Of a DNA stretch of 64,000 nt, positions 48,231-61,280 are shown piece by piece; positions within the stretch are counted from its first letter, which is position 1, and every line of letters begins with the position of its first letter. Both the position numbers and the translations under genes were made by a program. The stretch is from Alphaproteobacteria bacterium (lineage in GTDB: Bacteria > Pseudomonadota > Alphaproteobacteria > MPNO01 > VGEU01). The DNA lies in the NCBI GenBank assembly GCA_016869145.1, contig VGEU01000001.1, positions 127,237 to 191,236 of the forward strand, written 5' to 3'. Below the pieces are notes generated by a model. It ran no database searches. It was given only the letters and a program-made list of their open reading frames with translations, and had not been told where the DNA came from.

Positions 48231-50189
48231 CTAGTGCGCACGTGCCGCGGCCGGCGCGGCTGCGTTCGAGCGCGCCCGGAGCAGGAAGAACAGCCCCAGC
48301 GCCATGGCCAGTGCCGGCCACTGGAACTCCGGCCGCGGCACGATCAGCGCGATCACCGCGGCAAAGAACAACAACCGCCACAGAATGTTGAGCCTGAACT
48401 TGATGACATAGCCGTGGAGCATGATCGAGGCGACGAACACGCAGCTCGTGCCGAGGATCGCGTCGCCGACGATGTCGACGAGATCGCCCTGGAGCAGGAT
48501 GCCCGGATTGAACATGAAGAAGAACGGCAGCAGGAACCCGCCCACGGCGAGCATACACGCATAGGGTGCGATCTTCATCGGCGAGGCGCCGGCGATGGCG
48601 CCCGCGGCAAAGGACGCGACCGCGACCGGTGGCGTGATCGCCGACATGCACGAGAAAAACAGGATGAACATGTGGGTTTCCATCAGCGGCAGCCCGAACC
48701 GCGTGACCATGACCGGCGCGAGGAGCGCGATGCCCATGATGTAGACGCCCGTGGTCGGCATGCCCATCCCGAGAAGGATCAGGACGATGGCGGTGAGGAT
48801 CAGCGACGGGATCAGGAGCCCGCCCGAGAGCTGGAACAGGAGGAGCGTGAACTTGCCGGCGAGCCCGGTGAGCTCGATGCAGCCGATGAAGAAGCCGGCC
48901 GCCGCGACCGCACCGATCAACCCCGCCATCGACAGACAGGTCTCGACGCACGCCTTGACAAAGCGCTGCGGGCCGATCGCGGTCTCCTTCTTGACCCAGC
49001 TCCCGAGGATCACCGCGAGCGTCGAGCCGGCACCGACATAGGCGGCCGAATAACCCTGCACCAGGAGGACGATCAGCACGATCAGCGAGAACAGGCTATG
49101 CCAGTTGTTCTTGAGCGCGATCTTGAGCCCGACGATCTGATCTTCCGGCACACGTCCGAGGTCGAGCCGGCGCGATTCGAAATGCACGAGCGTGAATACG
49201 CCGAAATAGTAGGCAAGCGCCGGCAGCACCGCGAAGGCCGCGATGTGGGCGTAGGGGATGCCGGTGTAGTCGGCCATGATGAAGGCGACAGCACCCATGA
49301 CCGGCGGCAGGATCGAGCCACCCGTCGAGGCCGCGGCCTCGATCGCGCCGGCACGCTCGGACGAGATGCCGATCTTCTTCATGATCGGGATCGAGATCGG
49401 CCCGGTGGTCGCGACGTCGGCGACCGGGCTTCCCGAGATCGAGCCGTAGAGCCCGCTCGACATCACGCAGGCCTTCGCGGGCCCGCCGCTCATCCGTCCC
49501 GTCACCGCCGCGGCGACGTCGAAGAACAGCTGGCCACCGCCGGCGACGACGAAGAAGTTGCCGAACAGCACGAACAGGAACGCATAGGAGGCCGTGACAT
49601 AGAGCGGCGAGCCGAAGATCCCGTCCTGGGTCACCGTCTGCATCTCGATGAAATAGAGGAGCTCGACCCCCGAGTGCCGGAAGCTGCCACCGAGATATTC
49701 GCCGAACGCGACATAGAGCAGCATCAGGACGACGATGATCGAGAGTCCCGGCCCGACCGACCGCCGGCAGAGCTCGATCACCAGCGCACTCAGGATCAGC
49801 CCGAACACCAGATGGTGCCAGCTCACCTGGCTGAACGCGCTCATCCACTCCTTCCACAGCGGCTCGTAGATGATGGAGTAGAGCGGTGTCGCGACTGCCA
49901 GCGCCGCGAACAGCCAGTCGAGCCAGGTGAGCCGCTTCACGTCCTTGAAGCAGGACGTCGTCAGGAAGCAGATCGGGAACAGGAACAGGAGAAACCAGGC
50001 GATCTGGTGCCGCTCGTGCACCTTGCCCCAGAGAGCGAGGTAGATGACGGCGAAGACGCCGAGAACCGACAGGACGGCAACGATGAGATGGACGATCCCC
50101 TTCGGTGTCAGGCGCTCGGTTTCCGCCCAGAAGCGGAGGAACCATCGGTCGGGTGACAGGCGCTCGGGCTGATTGTCGGTTGTTGCCAC
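48231..50189 (-). CDS. TRAP transporter fused permease subunit (TAXI-associated 4TM/12TM fusion)
   Basis: 652 aa multi-TM protein with DctQ-like and DctM-like parts in one polypeptide; downstream of a TAXI solute receptor gene. Confidence 0.85.
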   Translation of the reverse strand: MATTDNQPERLSPDRWFLRFWAETERLTPKGIVHLIVAVLSVLGVFAVIYLALWGKVHERHQIAWFLLFLFPICFLTTSCFKDVKRLTWLDWLFAALAVATPLYSIIYEPLWKEWMSAFSQVSWHHLVFGLILSALVIELCRRSVGPGLSIIVVLMLLYVAFGEYLGGSFRHSGVELLYFIEMQTVTQDGIFGSPLYVTASYAFLFVLFGNFFVVAGGGQLFFDVAAAVTGRMSGGPAKACVMSSGLYGSISGSPVADVATTGPISIPIMKKIGISSERAGAIEAAASTGGSILPPVMGAVAFIMADYTGIPYAHIAAFAVLPALAYYFGVFTLVHFESRRLDLGRVPEDQIVGLKIALKNNWHSLFSLIVLIVLLVQGYSAAYVGAGSTLAVILGSWVKKETAIGPQRFVKACVETCLSMAGLIGAVAAAGFFIGCIELTGLAGKFTLLLFQLSGGLLIPSLILTAIVLILLGMGMPTTGVYIMGIALLAPVMVTRFGLPLMETHMFILFFSCMSAITPPVAVASFAAGAIAGASPMKIAPYACMLAVGGFLLPFFFMFNPGILLQGDLVDIVGDAILGTSCVFVASIMLHGYVIKFRLNILWRLLFFAAVIALIVPRPEFQWPALAMALGLFFLLRARSNAAAPAAARAH

Positions 50190-50215
50190 GTCGTCCTCGC
50201 GTCGCTGGGTTGACC

Positions 50216-50271
50216 GATCTACGCCCGCCGATCTACGCCCGCCAATCTACGCCCGCCGATCTACGCCCGCT
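50216..50271. repeat. 14-bp tandem repeat (g/a)atctacgcccgcc x4, plus a degenerate fifth partial copy
   Basis: Direct read: gatctacgcccgcc gatctacgcccgcc aatctacgcccgcc gatctacgcccgct, in the intergenic region between the TAXI and TRAP-permease genes. Confidence 0.75.
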
Positions 50272-50377
50272 GGCCAACGCCCGCTGCAAGGCGGTCCGCC
50301 CGGACCCGCTGCGGCGCGTTGATTTCAGGCTTGCCGGGTCGCCGGGCGCGCGCTCAGCGCCCGGCGAGCCCGTCCGG

Positions 50378-51394
50378 TTAGAGGAGACCCTTCTCGCGGT
50401 AGAACCGCGCGGCACCCGGGTGCAGCTCGACGTTTTTCGGGTTGCGCATGCCAGGCTTGCCGGTGTCGAACGTCCGGAGCGAGGGATGGATCGCGCGCAT
50501 CCGGTCGAGATTCTTGTCGACCGCCTTGAGCCACTTGTAGACGACCTCTGCCGGTACGTGCATGCCGGCGAGCGCGCTCGACCACATGGTGACGGTCGGC
50601 TCGTCCTTGGTCATGAACGGATAGGCGTCCTTCGGCATGACGTGGTAGTCGTTGCCCCACTCGTCGGCCGCCTTCCTCATGTGCGTCTCGTCGCTCGACA
50701 GCCAGATGAGATCACGCGAGCGCGCGATGTCGATGATCAACGCGGTCGGCACGAACGTGCCGTTGATGATCATGTCGATCTTGCCGTCGCGGAAGGCTTC
50801 GAGATTGGTGTTGATGTTGGAGCGGAAATAGCTGCCGCCCCACTTCTCGATCTCTTCCTCGGCGATGCCGTATTGCTTGAAGATCGCGACCGGCCCGCCG
50901 ATATAGGTCTGCACGGTGGCGCGCATGTTGACGCCGATCCGCACCGGCGGCTTCTTGCTCAGGAAGTCCTGATAGGTGCGGATGCCGTGCTTGTCCGCCC
51001 ATTCCTTGGTCGCGAAGCTGTGGATGGTGTTGGCGTTGTGCAGCATCACCATGAAGCCCATCTTGCCCTTGAGCGGCTCGGTGAAGGGCGGCCGGCCCTC
51101 GAGGGCATAGACGGTCTCGACGGCGCCGGCGCTGTAGACGATGTCGGACTTGCCGGTCGCGATATTGAGCATGCCGCCGATCGGGCTGCCCGGCTTGTAG
51201 GTCGCGTCCGAGCCCGGATACTCGTCGCGCAAGAGCGCGTTGATCGCCTCGGCCACGGTCTTGAAGTAGCCGGTAGCGGTGGCACCGTCGACCGAGAAGC
51301 TGATCGGCTTCTTGTCGTTGAAATCGGCACTGGCCGGACTGACCACCGCGAGCGCCACCGTGGCGGAACCGGCGAGGAGTCGGAGCAGGGACAT
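50378..51394 (-). CDS. TRAP transporter solute receptor, TAXI family
   Basis: Signal peptide MSLLRLLAGSATVALAVVSPASA; TAXI-like sequence; start at Met 48 of the ORF. Confidence 0.8.
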   Translation of the reverse strand: MSLLRLLAGSATVALAVVSPASADFNDKKPISFSVDGATATGYFKTVAEAINALLRDEYPGSDATYKPGSPIGGMLNIATGKSDIVYSAGAVETVYALEGRPPFTEPLKGKMGFMVMLHNANTIHSFATKEWADKHGIRTYQDFLSKKPPVRIGVNMRATVQTYIGGPVAIFKQYGIAEEEIEKWGGSYFRSNINTNLEAFRDGKIDMIINGTFVPTALIIDIARSRDLIWLSSDETHMRKAADEWGNDYHVMPKDAYPFMTKDEPTVTMWSSALAGMHVPAEVVYKWLKAVDKNLDRMRAIHPSLRTFDTGKPGMRNPKNVELHPGAARFYREKGLL

Positions 51395-51565
51395 GCGGGC
51401 CTCCCGAGAGTGTTCAGATCGTTCGCCGCGCACCCGTCTTCGGGGCGCCGGCTTCTGCCAATGCGATGCCACAAGGGTCGCGCCCTGGCAAGTCCCATGT
51501 GGCGCGTCCGAGCCCGACGCGGCCCGAACAGGCAATGTGCCCGCGGTTTCACCACGCCGACTGAC

Positions 51566-51607
51566 AAAAACCCGAGCGGCGGGTCATTTGGCCCGCCGCT
51601 CTTTTGT
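51566..51607. terminator. bidirectional rho-independent terminator
   Basis: gagcggcggg-tcatttgg-cccgccgctc stem-loop flanked by aaaaa on the 5' side and ttttgt on the 3' side, so there is a T-run on both strands. Confidence 0.5.
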
Positions 51608-52551
51608 CCCGGGAGGGATGGCCGGCCGTCGAGCCAGTTCCGGATGTTCTCGACCGCGCCTTCGAAGAATCCGCGATAATTCTCCTCGATCACGTAGCCG
51701 AGATGCGGCGTGACGACGGTGTTCTCCATCCGTCGCAGCGGGTGGTCGAGCGGCAGCGGCTCGGTATCGAACACATCGAGCGCCGCGCCGACGATCCGCT
51801 TGGACTGCAACGCCTGGATGAGCGACGCCTCGTCGACAATCAGCCCGCGCGAGGTGTCGACGAGGAGCGCGGACGGCTTCATCAGCGCGAACTCGCGCGC
51901 GCCGATCAGCCCGGTCGTTCGTGGCGACAGGACGAGGTGGATCGTGATGATGTCGGCGCGACGGAGAAGATCGTCCTTGGTCGCGAGGGTGACGCCGGCG
52001 GCCGCGCAGGTCTCGGCTGTCAGATTCTGGCTCCAGGCGAGGACCTCCATGCCGAATGTCCGGCCGACGGCAGCGACCTGGCTTCCCAGCCGGCCGAGGC
52101 CGACCACGCCGAGCGTCTTGCCGCGAACGCCAGTCCCGACGGTCCGCTGCCAGGCGCCGAGGCGGACGTTGCAATCCTCCTGCGGGATGTGGCGCATGAA
52201 GCCGAGGATCAGGCCCCAGGTGAGCTCGGCCGTCGGATAGCCGAGCGATTCCGTGCCGGCGACGACGATGCCACGCTCGGCGCAGGCCGCGAAGTCGACG
52301 GCCGCGTTGCGAAGCCCGCTCGTCACCAGGAGCTTCAGCGCCGGCAGCTTGTCGAGGAGCGAGCGCGGGAACGGTGTCCGCTCGCGCATGATGACGACGA
52401 TCTCGAACGGGCGGAGCCGGGCCGCGACCGCGTCCTCGTCGTGCAGATGATCGCGGAACACGGTGACCGCGACATCGCGCGAGACCGCCCCCCAGTCCGC
52501 GAGCCCGGTGCCGACGTCCTGGTAGTCGTCGATGATCGCGCAGCGCTTCAT
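51584..52551 (-). CDS. D-isomer-specific 2-hydroxyacid dehydrogenase (NAD-binding), 3' end uncertain
   Basis: [13 protein letters not shown] Rossmann motif and the catalytic R...E...H triad region ([13 protein letters not shown]). The catalytic frame has no stop until 51046, overlapping the TAXI gene and crossing the terminator. A +1 frame change after ...NWLDGRP gives ...[15 protein letters not shown] ending at 51584, inside the terminator loop. Confidence 0.65.
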
Positions 52552-52703
52552 GCCGGCCCCTCCGCCTCGTTCGGATCATCATGGCGCCCGCGACCGGGAG
52601 CTGTAACGGGCTCGCCCCTGCGCGTCCGCGGCCTTATGATCCGCGCTCGGTTCCCGTGCCGGTCAGACGCCTGCCGGTCGGACCCCTGTCGGTTGGAAAC
52701 GTA

Positions 52704-55565
<2,862 letters not shown>

Positions 55566-55620
55566 GGCGTTATCGCGCCGTCTTCGTCGGAACCAAGGGG
55601 GTCGTCCTCGTCGCGCGGCG

Positions 55621-56595
55621 CTACGACGAACGCGGATCGTAGACGATGTCGACGAGCTCCTTTTTCTGCGCGTCGGTCAACGGCTCGCGGATCATCTTGT
55701 GCTCGAGCGCGAGGCCGACCGCCTTGTCGAGGCCCATCAGCGGCGCGATCGCGATCATGGTCTTCGGATAGTAGGTCACGGCCTCGCGCGCCACGGCGAT
55801 GTCGAGGTTGTTGAACCTGGCGAAGCGGGCGATCGCCTCCTCCTTCCCGGCGCCGTACATCCAGTCGAGCGCGCGCTGATAGCCGATCATGAACTTCCGC
55901 GCCGTCTCGCGGTTCTTGGCGAGCCAGGTCGCGTTGGCGACGTTGACCCGGATCGAGATGTCGTTGAGCGGCGTCACGATCTCGCCGCGGAACAGGACGC
56001 GCGCCTCGCCCTTCTGGACCATGTCGAGCCCGAACGGCGGCACCGACCAGCCGGCGTCGACCTGGCCGGACATGACCTGGGTGCGTGTCGCCGAGATCTC
56101 GCCGGCCGAGACGAGCTTGGGCGAGAGCTTGAGATGCGCGGCGAGCGTGAGGAGTGTCAGATGCGTGCCGGAGCCGGGTCGCGAATAGGCGATCGAGGCC
56201 CCGTTGATGTCCTCGACCTTCGTCAGCTTGGAATCGGTCCGGACATACCAGAACACATCGGGGGTGCCGATGATCTCAGAGCTCACGATCTTCATCGGCG
56301 CGCCCTTGGCAAAGGTCGAGATCGCGCTCAGAACGCCGATCGTCATGCCGAACTGCACATCGCCCGTGATGATGAGTTGCGCCGTCTCGCCGCCGCCCGC
56401 CGTCTTCATCGTGTCGACGTTGAGCCCGAGCTCGCGGTAGTAGCCGTTCTCCTTGGCGAACACGGTGATGAGCGTGTCCCAGAGACCCATCTGGCCGATC
56501 GCGACCTTGACCTTTTCCTGCGCCGCCGCCGGCACCGACGCGAGCGCGAGGCCGACCGCCGTCGCCATGCCCAATCCGATCAGCCGCGTCTTCAT
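55621..56595 (-). CDS. ABC transporter substrate-binding protein (NMT1/SsuA-like), orphan
   Basis: Signal peptide MKTRLIGLGMATAVGLALASVPAAAQ; SsuA/TauA-like sequence; no permease or ATPase adjacent. Confidence 0.75.
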   Translation of the reverse strand: MKTRLIGLGMATAVGLALASVPAAAQEKVKVAIGQMGLWDTLITVFAKENGYYRELGLNVDTMKTAGGGETAQLIITGDVQFGMTIGVLSAISTFAKGAPMKIVSSEIIGTPDVFWYVRTDSKLTKVEDINGASIAYSRPGSGTHLTLLTLAAHLKLSPKLVSAGEISATRTQVMSGQVDAGWSVPPFGLDMVQKGEARVLFRGEIVTPLNDISIRVNVANATWLAKNRETARKFMIGYQRALDWMYGAGKEEAIARFARFNNLDIAVAREAVTYYPKTMIAIAPLMGLDKAVGLALEHKMIREPLTDAQKKELVDIVYDPRSS

Positions 56596-56830
56596 GCCTG
56601 CCTCCCCTCATGATCGCCGCACCGGCACAGCGCCGGGGAGAGTCTAGAACATCGGGCCGCGGAAGGCTAACGCCCGCGCGAGGCTCGACATCGCGGCCGC
56701 CTTGCGGCACGCTCTGCCGCCCGTTACCCGCTCCCCCGACCAGCGCCCCCCACTCCTATTCTGTCGCGTCGCCGTGCCCGACCATCCCATCCTCCACCGC
56801 AAGGCCATCCTGTCGGGCACGTTCGAGCGG

Positions 56831-57457
56831 ATGATCGAGGAGCACTACGAGGACGGCTCTGTCCGCGTGATCCCGCGCGACGAGCGGCTCGCGATGCTCA
56901 AGGGCCTCCTCGACCAGATGCCGACAGACGACCACGCCTGGCTGTTCGCCTATGGGTCGCTGATGTGGAACCCGACCTTCGACAGCGATGTCCACGCGGT
57001 CGGGCTGGTGCGCGGCTATCACCGCCAGTTCTGCTTCTGGTCGACACTCGGGCGCGGCTCGCGCGAGACGCCCGGCCTGATGCTCGCGCTCGAGCGCGGC
57101 GGCGCTTGCCATGGCATGGTCTACGGCGTCCGGCGCGAGCGCGCCGACGAGGAGCTCGGCGTCGTTTTCATACGCGAGATGCTGACCGGCTCGTACCGCG
57201 CCCGGCTCGTCACCGTCGATTGCGGCGACCGCCGCGTCCGTGCGATCGCGTTCATCGCCAACCGCGCCCACCCGACCTATGCCGGCCGGATCGCCGCCGC
57301 CGAGGCGGCGCGCCATATCGCGTGCGCGGAGGGGCGGCTGGGCACCTGCCGCGAATATCTCTACAATACGATCGAGCGGATGCGCGAGCTCGGCATCCGC
57401 GACCATGGGCTCGAGCGGCTCGCCCGCCAGGTGCGGAGCGCCGAAGGCCCGCGCTGA
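56831..57457 (+). CDS. ChaC-like gamma-glutamylcyclotransferase family protein
   Basis: YGSLMWNP signature motif; start chosen at MIEEHY (the ORF extends back to 56702). Confidence 0.7.
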   Translation: MIEEHYEDGSVRVIPRDERLAMLKGLLDQMPTDDHAWLFAYGSLMWNPTFDSDVHAVGLVRGYHRQFCFWSTLGRGSRETPGLMLALERGGACHGMVYGVRRERADEELGVVFIREMLTGSYRARLVTVDCGDRRVRAIAFIANRAHPTYAGRIAAAEAARHIACAEGRLGTCREYLYNTIERMRELGIRDHGLERLARQVRSAEGPR

Positions 57458-57471
57458 CGGATCGGGGTGTG

Positions 57472-58830
57472 ATGACGCGCGCGAAGCCGATCCATGTCGT
57501 CGGCGGCGGGCTCGCGGGTTGCGAGGCGGCCTGGCAGGTCGCCGAGGCGGGCATACCCGTGATCCTGCACGAGATGCGCCCGACCCAGCGCACCGAGGCG
57601 CATGTCACCGCGCGGCTCGCCGAGCTCGTGTGCTCGAACTCGTTCCGCTCCGACGACTGGGAGTATAACGCGGTCGGGCTCCTGCACGACGAGATGCGCC
57701 GGCTCGGGTCGTTGATCTTTCGCGCCGCCGATGCGAGCAAGGTGCCCGCCGGCGCCGCGCTCGCCGTCGACCGCGACGGGTTCGCCGCTGCCGTCGAGGC
57801 CGCAATCAGCTCGCATCGGCTGATCCGCATCGAGCGCGGCGAGGTCGCGGGCCTCCCGCCCGCCGACTGGGACAGCGTGATCGTCGCGACGGGTCCCCTC
57901 ACCGCGCCCGCGCTCGCCACCGCGATCCAGACGCTCACCGGCGCGGACTCGCTCGCCTTCTTCGATGCGATCGCGCCCATCGTCCACCGCGACACGATCG
58001 ACTTCGGCACCGCCTGGTACCAGTCGCGCTACGACAAGGCGGGCCCGGGCGGCGGCGGCGCCGACTACATCAACTGCCCGTTCAACCGGCCGCAATACGA
58101 GGCCTTCGTCGATGCGCTCAAGACCGCCGAGCGGACCGACTTCAAGGAATGGGAACGAACGACGCCCTATTTCGACGGCTGCCTGCCGATCGAGGTGATG
58201 GCCGACCGCGGGCCGGGCACGCTCCGCTTCGGGCCGATGAAACCGGTCGGCCTCGTCGATCCGCGCACCGGCTTTCGCCCCTATGCCGTCGTCCAGCTCC
58301 GCCAGGACAACGCGCTCGGCACGCTCTACAACATGGTCGGCTTCCAGACCAAGCTCCGCCACGCCGATCAGGTGCGCGTGTTCCGCACCATCCCCGGCCT
58401 CGCCGGGGCCGAGTTCGCCCGCCTCGGCGGCATGCACCGCAACACCTTCATCAACGCGCCGAAACTCCTCGATCCCCTCCTCCGCCTCCGCGTCGATCCG
58501 CGGCTCCGCTTTGCCGGCCAGATCACCGGCGTCGAGGGCTATGTCGAGAGCGCGGCGATCGGACTTCTCGCCGGCCGCTTCGCCGCCGCCGAACGGCGCG
58601 GTGCCACGCCCGCGACGCCACCCGCGACGACCGCGCTCGGCGCGCTCCTCGCCCACATCACGACCGGCGCCTTCGGCGTCGGATTCCAGCCGATGAACGT
58701 CAATTACGGGCTGTTCCCGCCGGTGCCCGGCGGGCTCCGCGGCCGCGATCGCAAGCGCGCGATCTCGCTCCGGGCCGTCGCCGATCTCGGCGCCTGGCTC
58801 GGCACAAGACGGCAAGACGCCGCCGAATAA
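57472..58830 (+). CDS. trmFO: methylenetetrahydrofolate--tRNA-(uracil-5-)-methyltransferase
   Basis: FAD-binding N-terminus [14 protein letters not shown] and full-length TrmFO-like sequence (about 452 aa). Confidence 0.9.
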   Translation: MTRAKPIHVVGGGLAGCEAAWQVAEAGIPVILHEMRPTQRTEAHVTARLAELVCSNSFRSDDWEYNAVGLLHDEMRRLGSLIFRAADASKVPAGAALAVDRDGFAAAVEAAISSHRLIRIERGEVAGLPPADWDSVIVATGPLTAPALATAIQTLTGADSLAFFDAIAPIVHRDTIDFGTAWYQSRYDKAGPGGGGADYINCPFNRPQYEAFVDALKTAERTDFKEWERTTPYFDGCLPIEVMADRGPGTLRFGPMKPVGLVDPRTGFRPYAVVQLRQDNALGTLYNMVGFQTKLRHADQVRVFRTIPGLAGAEFARLGGMHRNTFINAPKLLDPLLRLRVDPRLRFAGQITGVEGYVESAAIGLLAGRFAAAERRGATPATPPATTALGALLAHITTGAFGVGFQPMNVNYGLFPPVPGGLRGRDRKRAISLRAVADLGAWLGTRRQDAAE

Positions 58831-58836
58831 TGCTGC

Positions 58837-59700
58837 TCAGATCCGGCCGCTGGCGGCGGCCCAGGCGAGCCGGCCGAGACGGCCGAGGCGGGTGATCTCG
58901 ATCGGGCCGGCGAATGGATCGTGCCCGGCGGCCGCGAGCCGGCCGAGATAGGCCTCCGCGAGCACCGCCGGCAGGAGCACGGCGCGGGCGCTCCGCGGCA
59001 TACGGCCGAGGCCCCGGCGCGCGGCATCGAGATGGCCCCGCGCCGCCGCGGCGACGGTCGCGACGACCGGGCCGAGCGCCTTGGGTTTCCGGTTCGTGAA
59101 CACGTCCTCGGCGGAGAGACCCGCCGCGTCCAGCCGATCGCGCGGCAGCCACAGGCGGCCGGTGCGGGCATGGAAGGGCACGGCGCGGAGCAGCCCCGTG
59201 AGCGCCCAGGCGATGCCGACATGGCGGCCCGCCTCGGCCGTCTCGGCGCCGCGATCGCCCGCCACGACGAGCGCGAGGCAGGCGAGATTGGCCGATGTCG
59301 CCTCGGCATAACGCTCGAGCGCCGCGACATCGGCGGGCGGCTCGGGGTCGAGATCGCGCTCGCGGCCGTCGATCAGGGCCTCGATCGGGGCGCGCGGCAG
59401 ATCGTGGCGGCGGATCGCCGCGGCGAGTGCGCCCGCGGTGTCGTGGCGAGGCCCGCCGCCGTCATAGATCGCCGCCACCGCATCCCGCCACCACTGGAGC
59501 CGCATCTGGCCGAGGATCGGCTCGCTCACGGTCTCGCGGGTGCGGGCGATCGCGAGGTTGAAGGCGTAGAGGGCGAGGAGCCCGGGGCGGGCCTCGTCGG
59601 CGGCGAACAGCGCCGCCAGATAGCGGTCGTGATCGTGCCGGCGGACCTCGGCCGCGACCGCGGCGTCGATGTCGGCGGGACCGGATCGGTTCGATTCCAC
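58837..59700 (-). CDS. squalene/phytoene synthase family protein lacking both Asp-rich motifs
   Basis: Isoprenoid-synthase fold-like sequence, but the first DxxxD region reads LYAFNLAIARTRE and the second reads LRAVPFHARTGRLWLP. Neither has a DxxxD. Confidence 0.65.
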   Translation of the reverse strand: MESNRSGPADIDAAVAAEVRRHDHDRYLAALFAADEARPGLLALYAFNLAIARTRETVSEPILGQMRLQWWRDAVAAIYDGGGPRHDTAGALAAAIRRHDLPRAPIEALIDGRERDLDPEPPADVAALERYAEATSANLACLALVVAGDRGAETAEAGRHVGIAWALTGLLRAVPFHARTGRLWLPRDRLDAAGLSAEDVFTNRKPKALGPVVATVAAAARGHLDAARRGLGRMPRSARAVLLPAVLAEAYLGRLAAAGHDPFAGPIEITRLGRLGRLAWAAASGRI

Positions 59701-59737
59701 TTGTGCATTCCGCTCGGGCGTCGCGTCGACTTATATG

Positions 59738-61096
59738 ATGGCTGATCCAGCATCGGCCAGAAGTGATGTCCGACCGCCGCCCGTTCCGCTTCGCCACCAC
59801 CGTGCCGTGAGCCGCATCCATGTCATCGGCGCCGGCATGGCCGGGCTCGCCTGCGCATTGCGGGCCGCGCTCGCCGGCGCCCCCGTTGCGCTCTACGAGG
59901 CGGCCGGGCACGCCGGAGGCCGCTGCCGGTCGTTCCGCGACAAGAGCATCGGCCGGGTCGTCGACAACGGTTCGCACCTCCTCCTCGGCGCCTATCGGTC
60001 GACGCTCGCTTTTCTCGACGACATCGGTGCGCGGGAGCGCATCACCGAGATCGCGCCGGCGGCGTTCCCTTTCGTCGACCTCAAGACGGGCGAGCGCTGG
60101 ATCGTCCGCCCGGAGGGCGGGCGGCTGCCATTGTGGCTCCTCGATGCGCGCCGCCGAATCCCGGGAACGCGGCTCACCGATTACCTCGGCGTTCTGTCGC
60201 TCGCACGGGCCGGCGCGGCCGACACGGTCGCCGCGCGCGTCGCGAGCCGGCGCGTCCTGTTCGAACGGTTCTGGCAGCCGCTGACCCGCGCCGCGCTCAA
60301 CACGGATGCGACCGAGGCCTCGGCGCGGCTCCTCTGGAACGTGGTCGCGGAGACCTTCATGAAGGGCGAGGCGGCGTGCCGGCCGATGCTGTTCCTGCAT
60401 GGCCTCTCGGCGGCGCTGGTCGACCCGGCGATCCGCACGCTGCAGCGATCGGGCGGCGAGGTTCGTTTCCTCGCGCGGCTCCGCGGCATCGAGTGGCGGG
60501 CCGATCGCGTCACCGGTCTCCAGTTCGCCGAAGGACTGATGCGCATCGGAACCGACGACGTCGTCGTGCTCGCCGTGCCCCCCGACGCCGCGGCCGAGCT
60601 GTGGCCGGCGGTGCCGGTGCCGAGCGAGAGCCGCGCCATCGTGAATGTGCATTTCCGCGTCGACGAGCCGGTCGAGCTGCCGTGGCGGAGCCCGTTCGTC
60701 GGGCTGATCGGCGCCGATTCCGAATGGATCTTCGCGCGCGAAGGCGTGCTGTCGGTGACGATCAGCGCCGCCGACCGCTTCATCGAGACCCCGTCGCACG
60801 AGCTCGCCGGCCATCTGTGGGGCGAGGTCGCGCACGTCCTCGGCCGCACCACCGGACGGTTGCCGCCGTGGCGCATCATCAAGGAGAAGCGCGCGACCTT
60901 CGCGCAGACGCCGGCCGAGGCCACGCGCCGGCCCGCGGCCGCGACCACCGTGCCCAATCTCTTCCTCGCCGGCGACTGGACCGATACCGGATTGCCGGCG
61001 ACGATCGAGGGCGCGATCCGATCCGGCTTCGCCGCCGCGTCGCTCGCGCTCGATCGCGCCGCCCGCGCCCTTGCCCTCCGCCGGACTGCTGGCTGA
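59738..61096 (+). CDS. hpnE: FAD-dependent amine-oxidase-like oxidoreductase, hydroxysqualene dehydroxylase HpnE-like
   Basis: Dinucleotide-binding VIGAGMAGLACAL...GGRCRS motif and HpnE-like sequence throughout. An alternative GTG start at 59807 would avoid overlap with the divergent gene. Confidence 0.7.
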   Translation: MADPASARSDVRPPPVPLRHHRAVSRIHVIGAGMAGLACALRAALAGAPVALYEAAGHAGGRCRSFRDKSIGRVVDNGSHLLLGAYRSTLAFLDDIGARERITEIAPAAFPFVDLKTGERWIVRPEGGRLPLWLLDARRRIPGTRLTDYLGVLSLARAGAADTVAARVASRRVLFERFWQPLTRAALNTDATEASARLLWNVVAETFMKGEAACRPMLFLHGLSAALVDPAIRTLQRSGGEVRFLARLRGIEWRADRVTGLQFAEGLMRIGTDDVVVLAVPPDAAAELWPAVPVPSESRAIVNVHFRVDEPVELPWRSPFVGLIGADSEWIFAREGVLSVTISAADRFIETPSHELAGHLWGEVAHVLGRTTGRLPPWRIIKEKRATFAQTPAEATRRPAAATTVPNLFLAGDWTDTGLPATIEGAIRSGFAAASLALDRAARALALRRTAG

Positions 61097-61115
61097 GCAG
61101 GGCGGCAGGGTTTGC

Positions 61116-61143
61116 TTGACGGACTCCGCGGGCGACCTAATAC
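61116..61143 (+). promoter_or_regulatory. sigma70-like promoter TTGACG-16-TAATAC
   Basis: Direct read; lies about 140 nt upstream of the DUF989 gene start. Confidence 0.35.
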
Positions 61144-61280
61144 TTCGTCTTCCAAGAGGTTCGGGGCGTTCGACAGGGGCGGCCTGGACCACCGGTCCAG
61201 CGAAGCGGAGCGCCGGTTTCCGCCCCGCCCGCAGGCGACAAGACGCGACAAGACAAAAGGATGAGAGGAGAAATTCGGAC

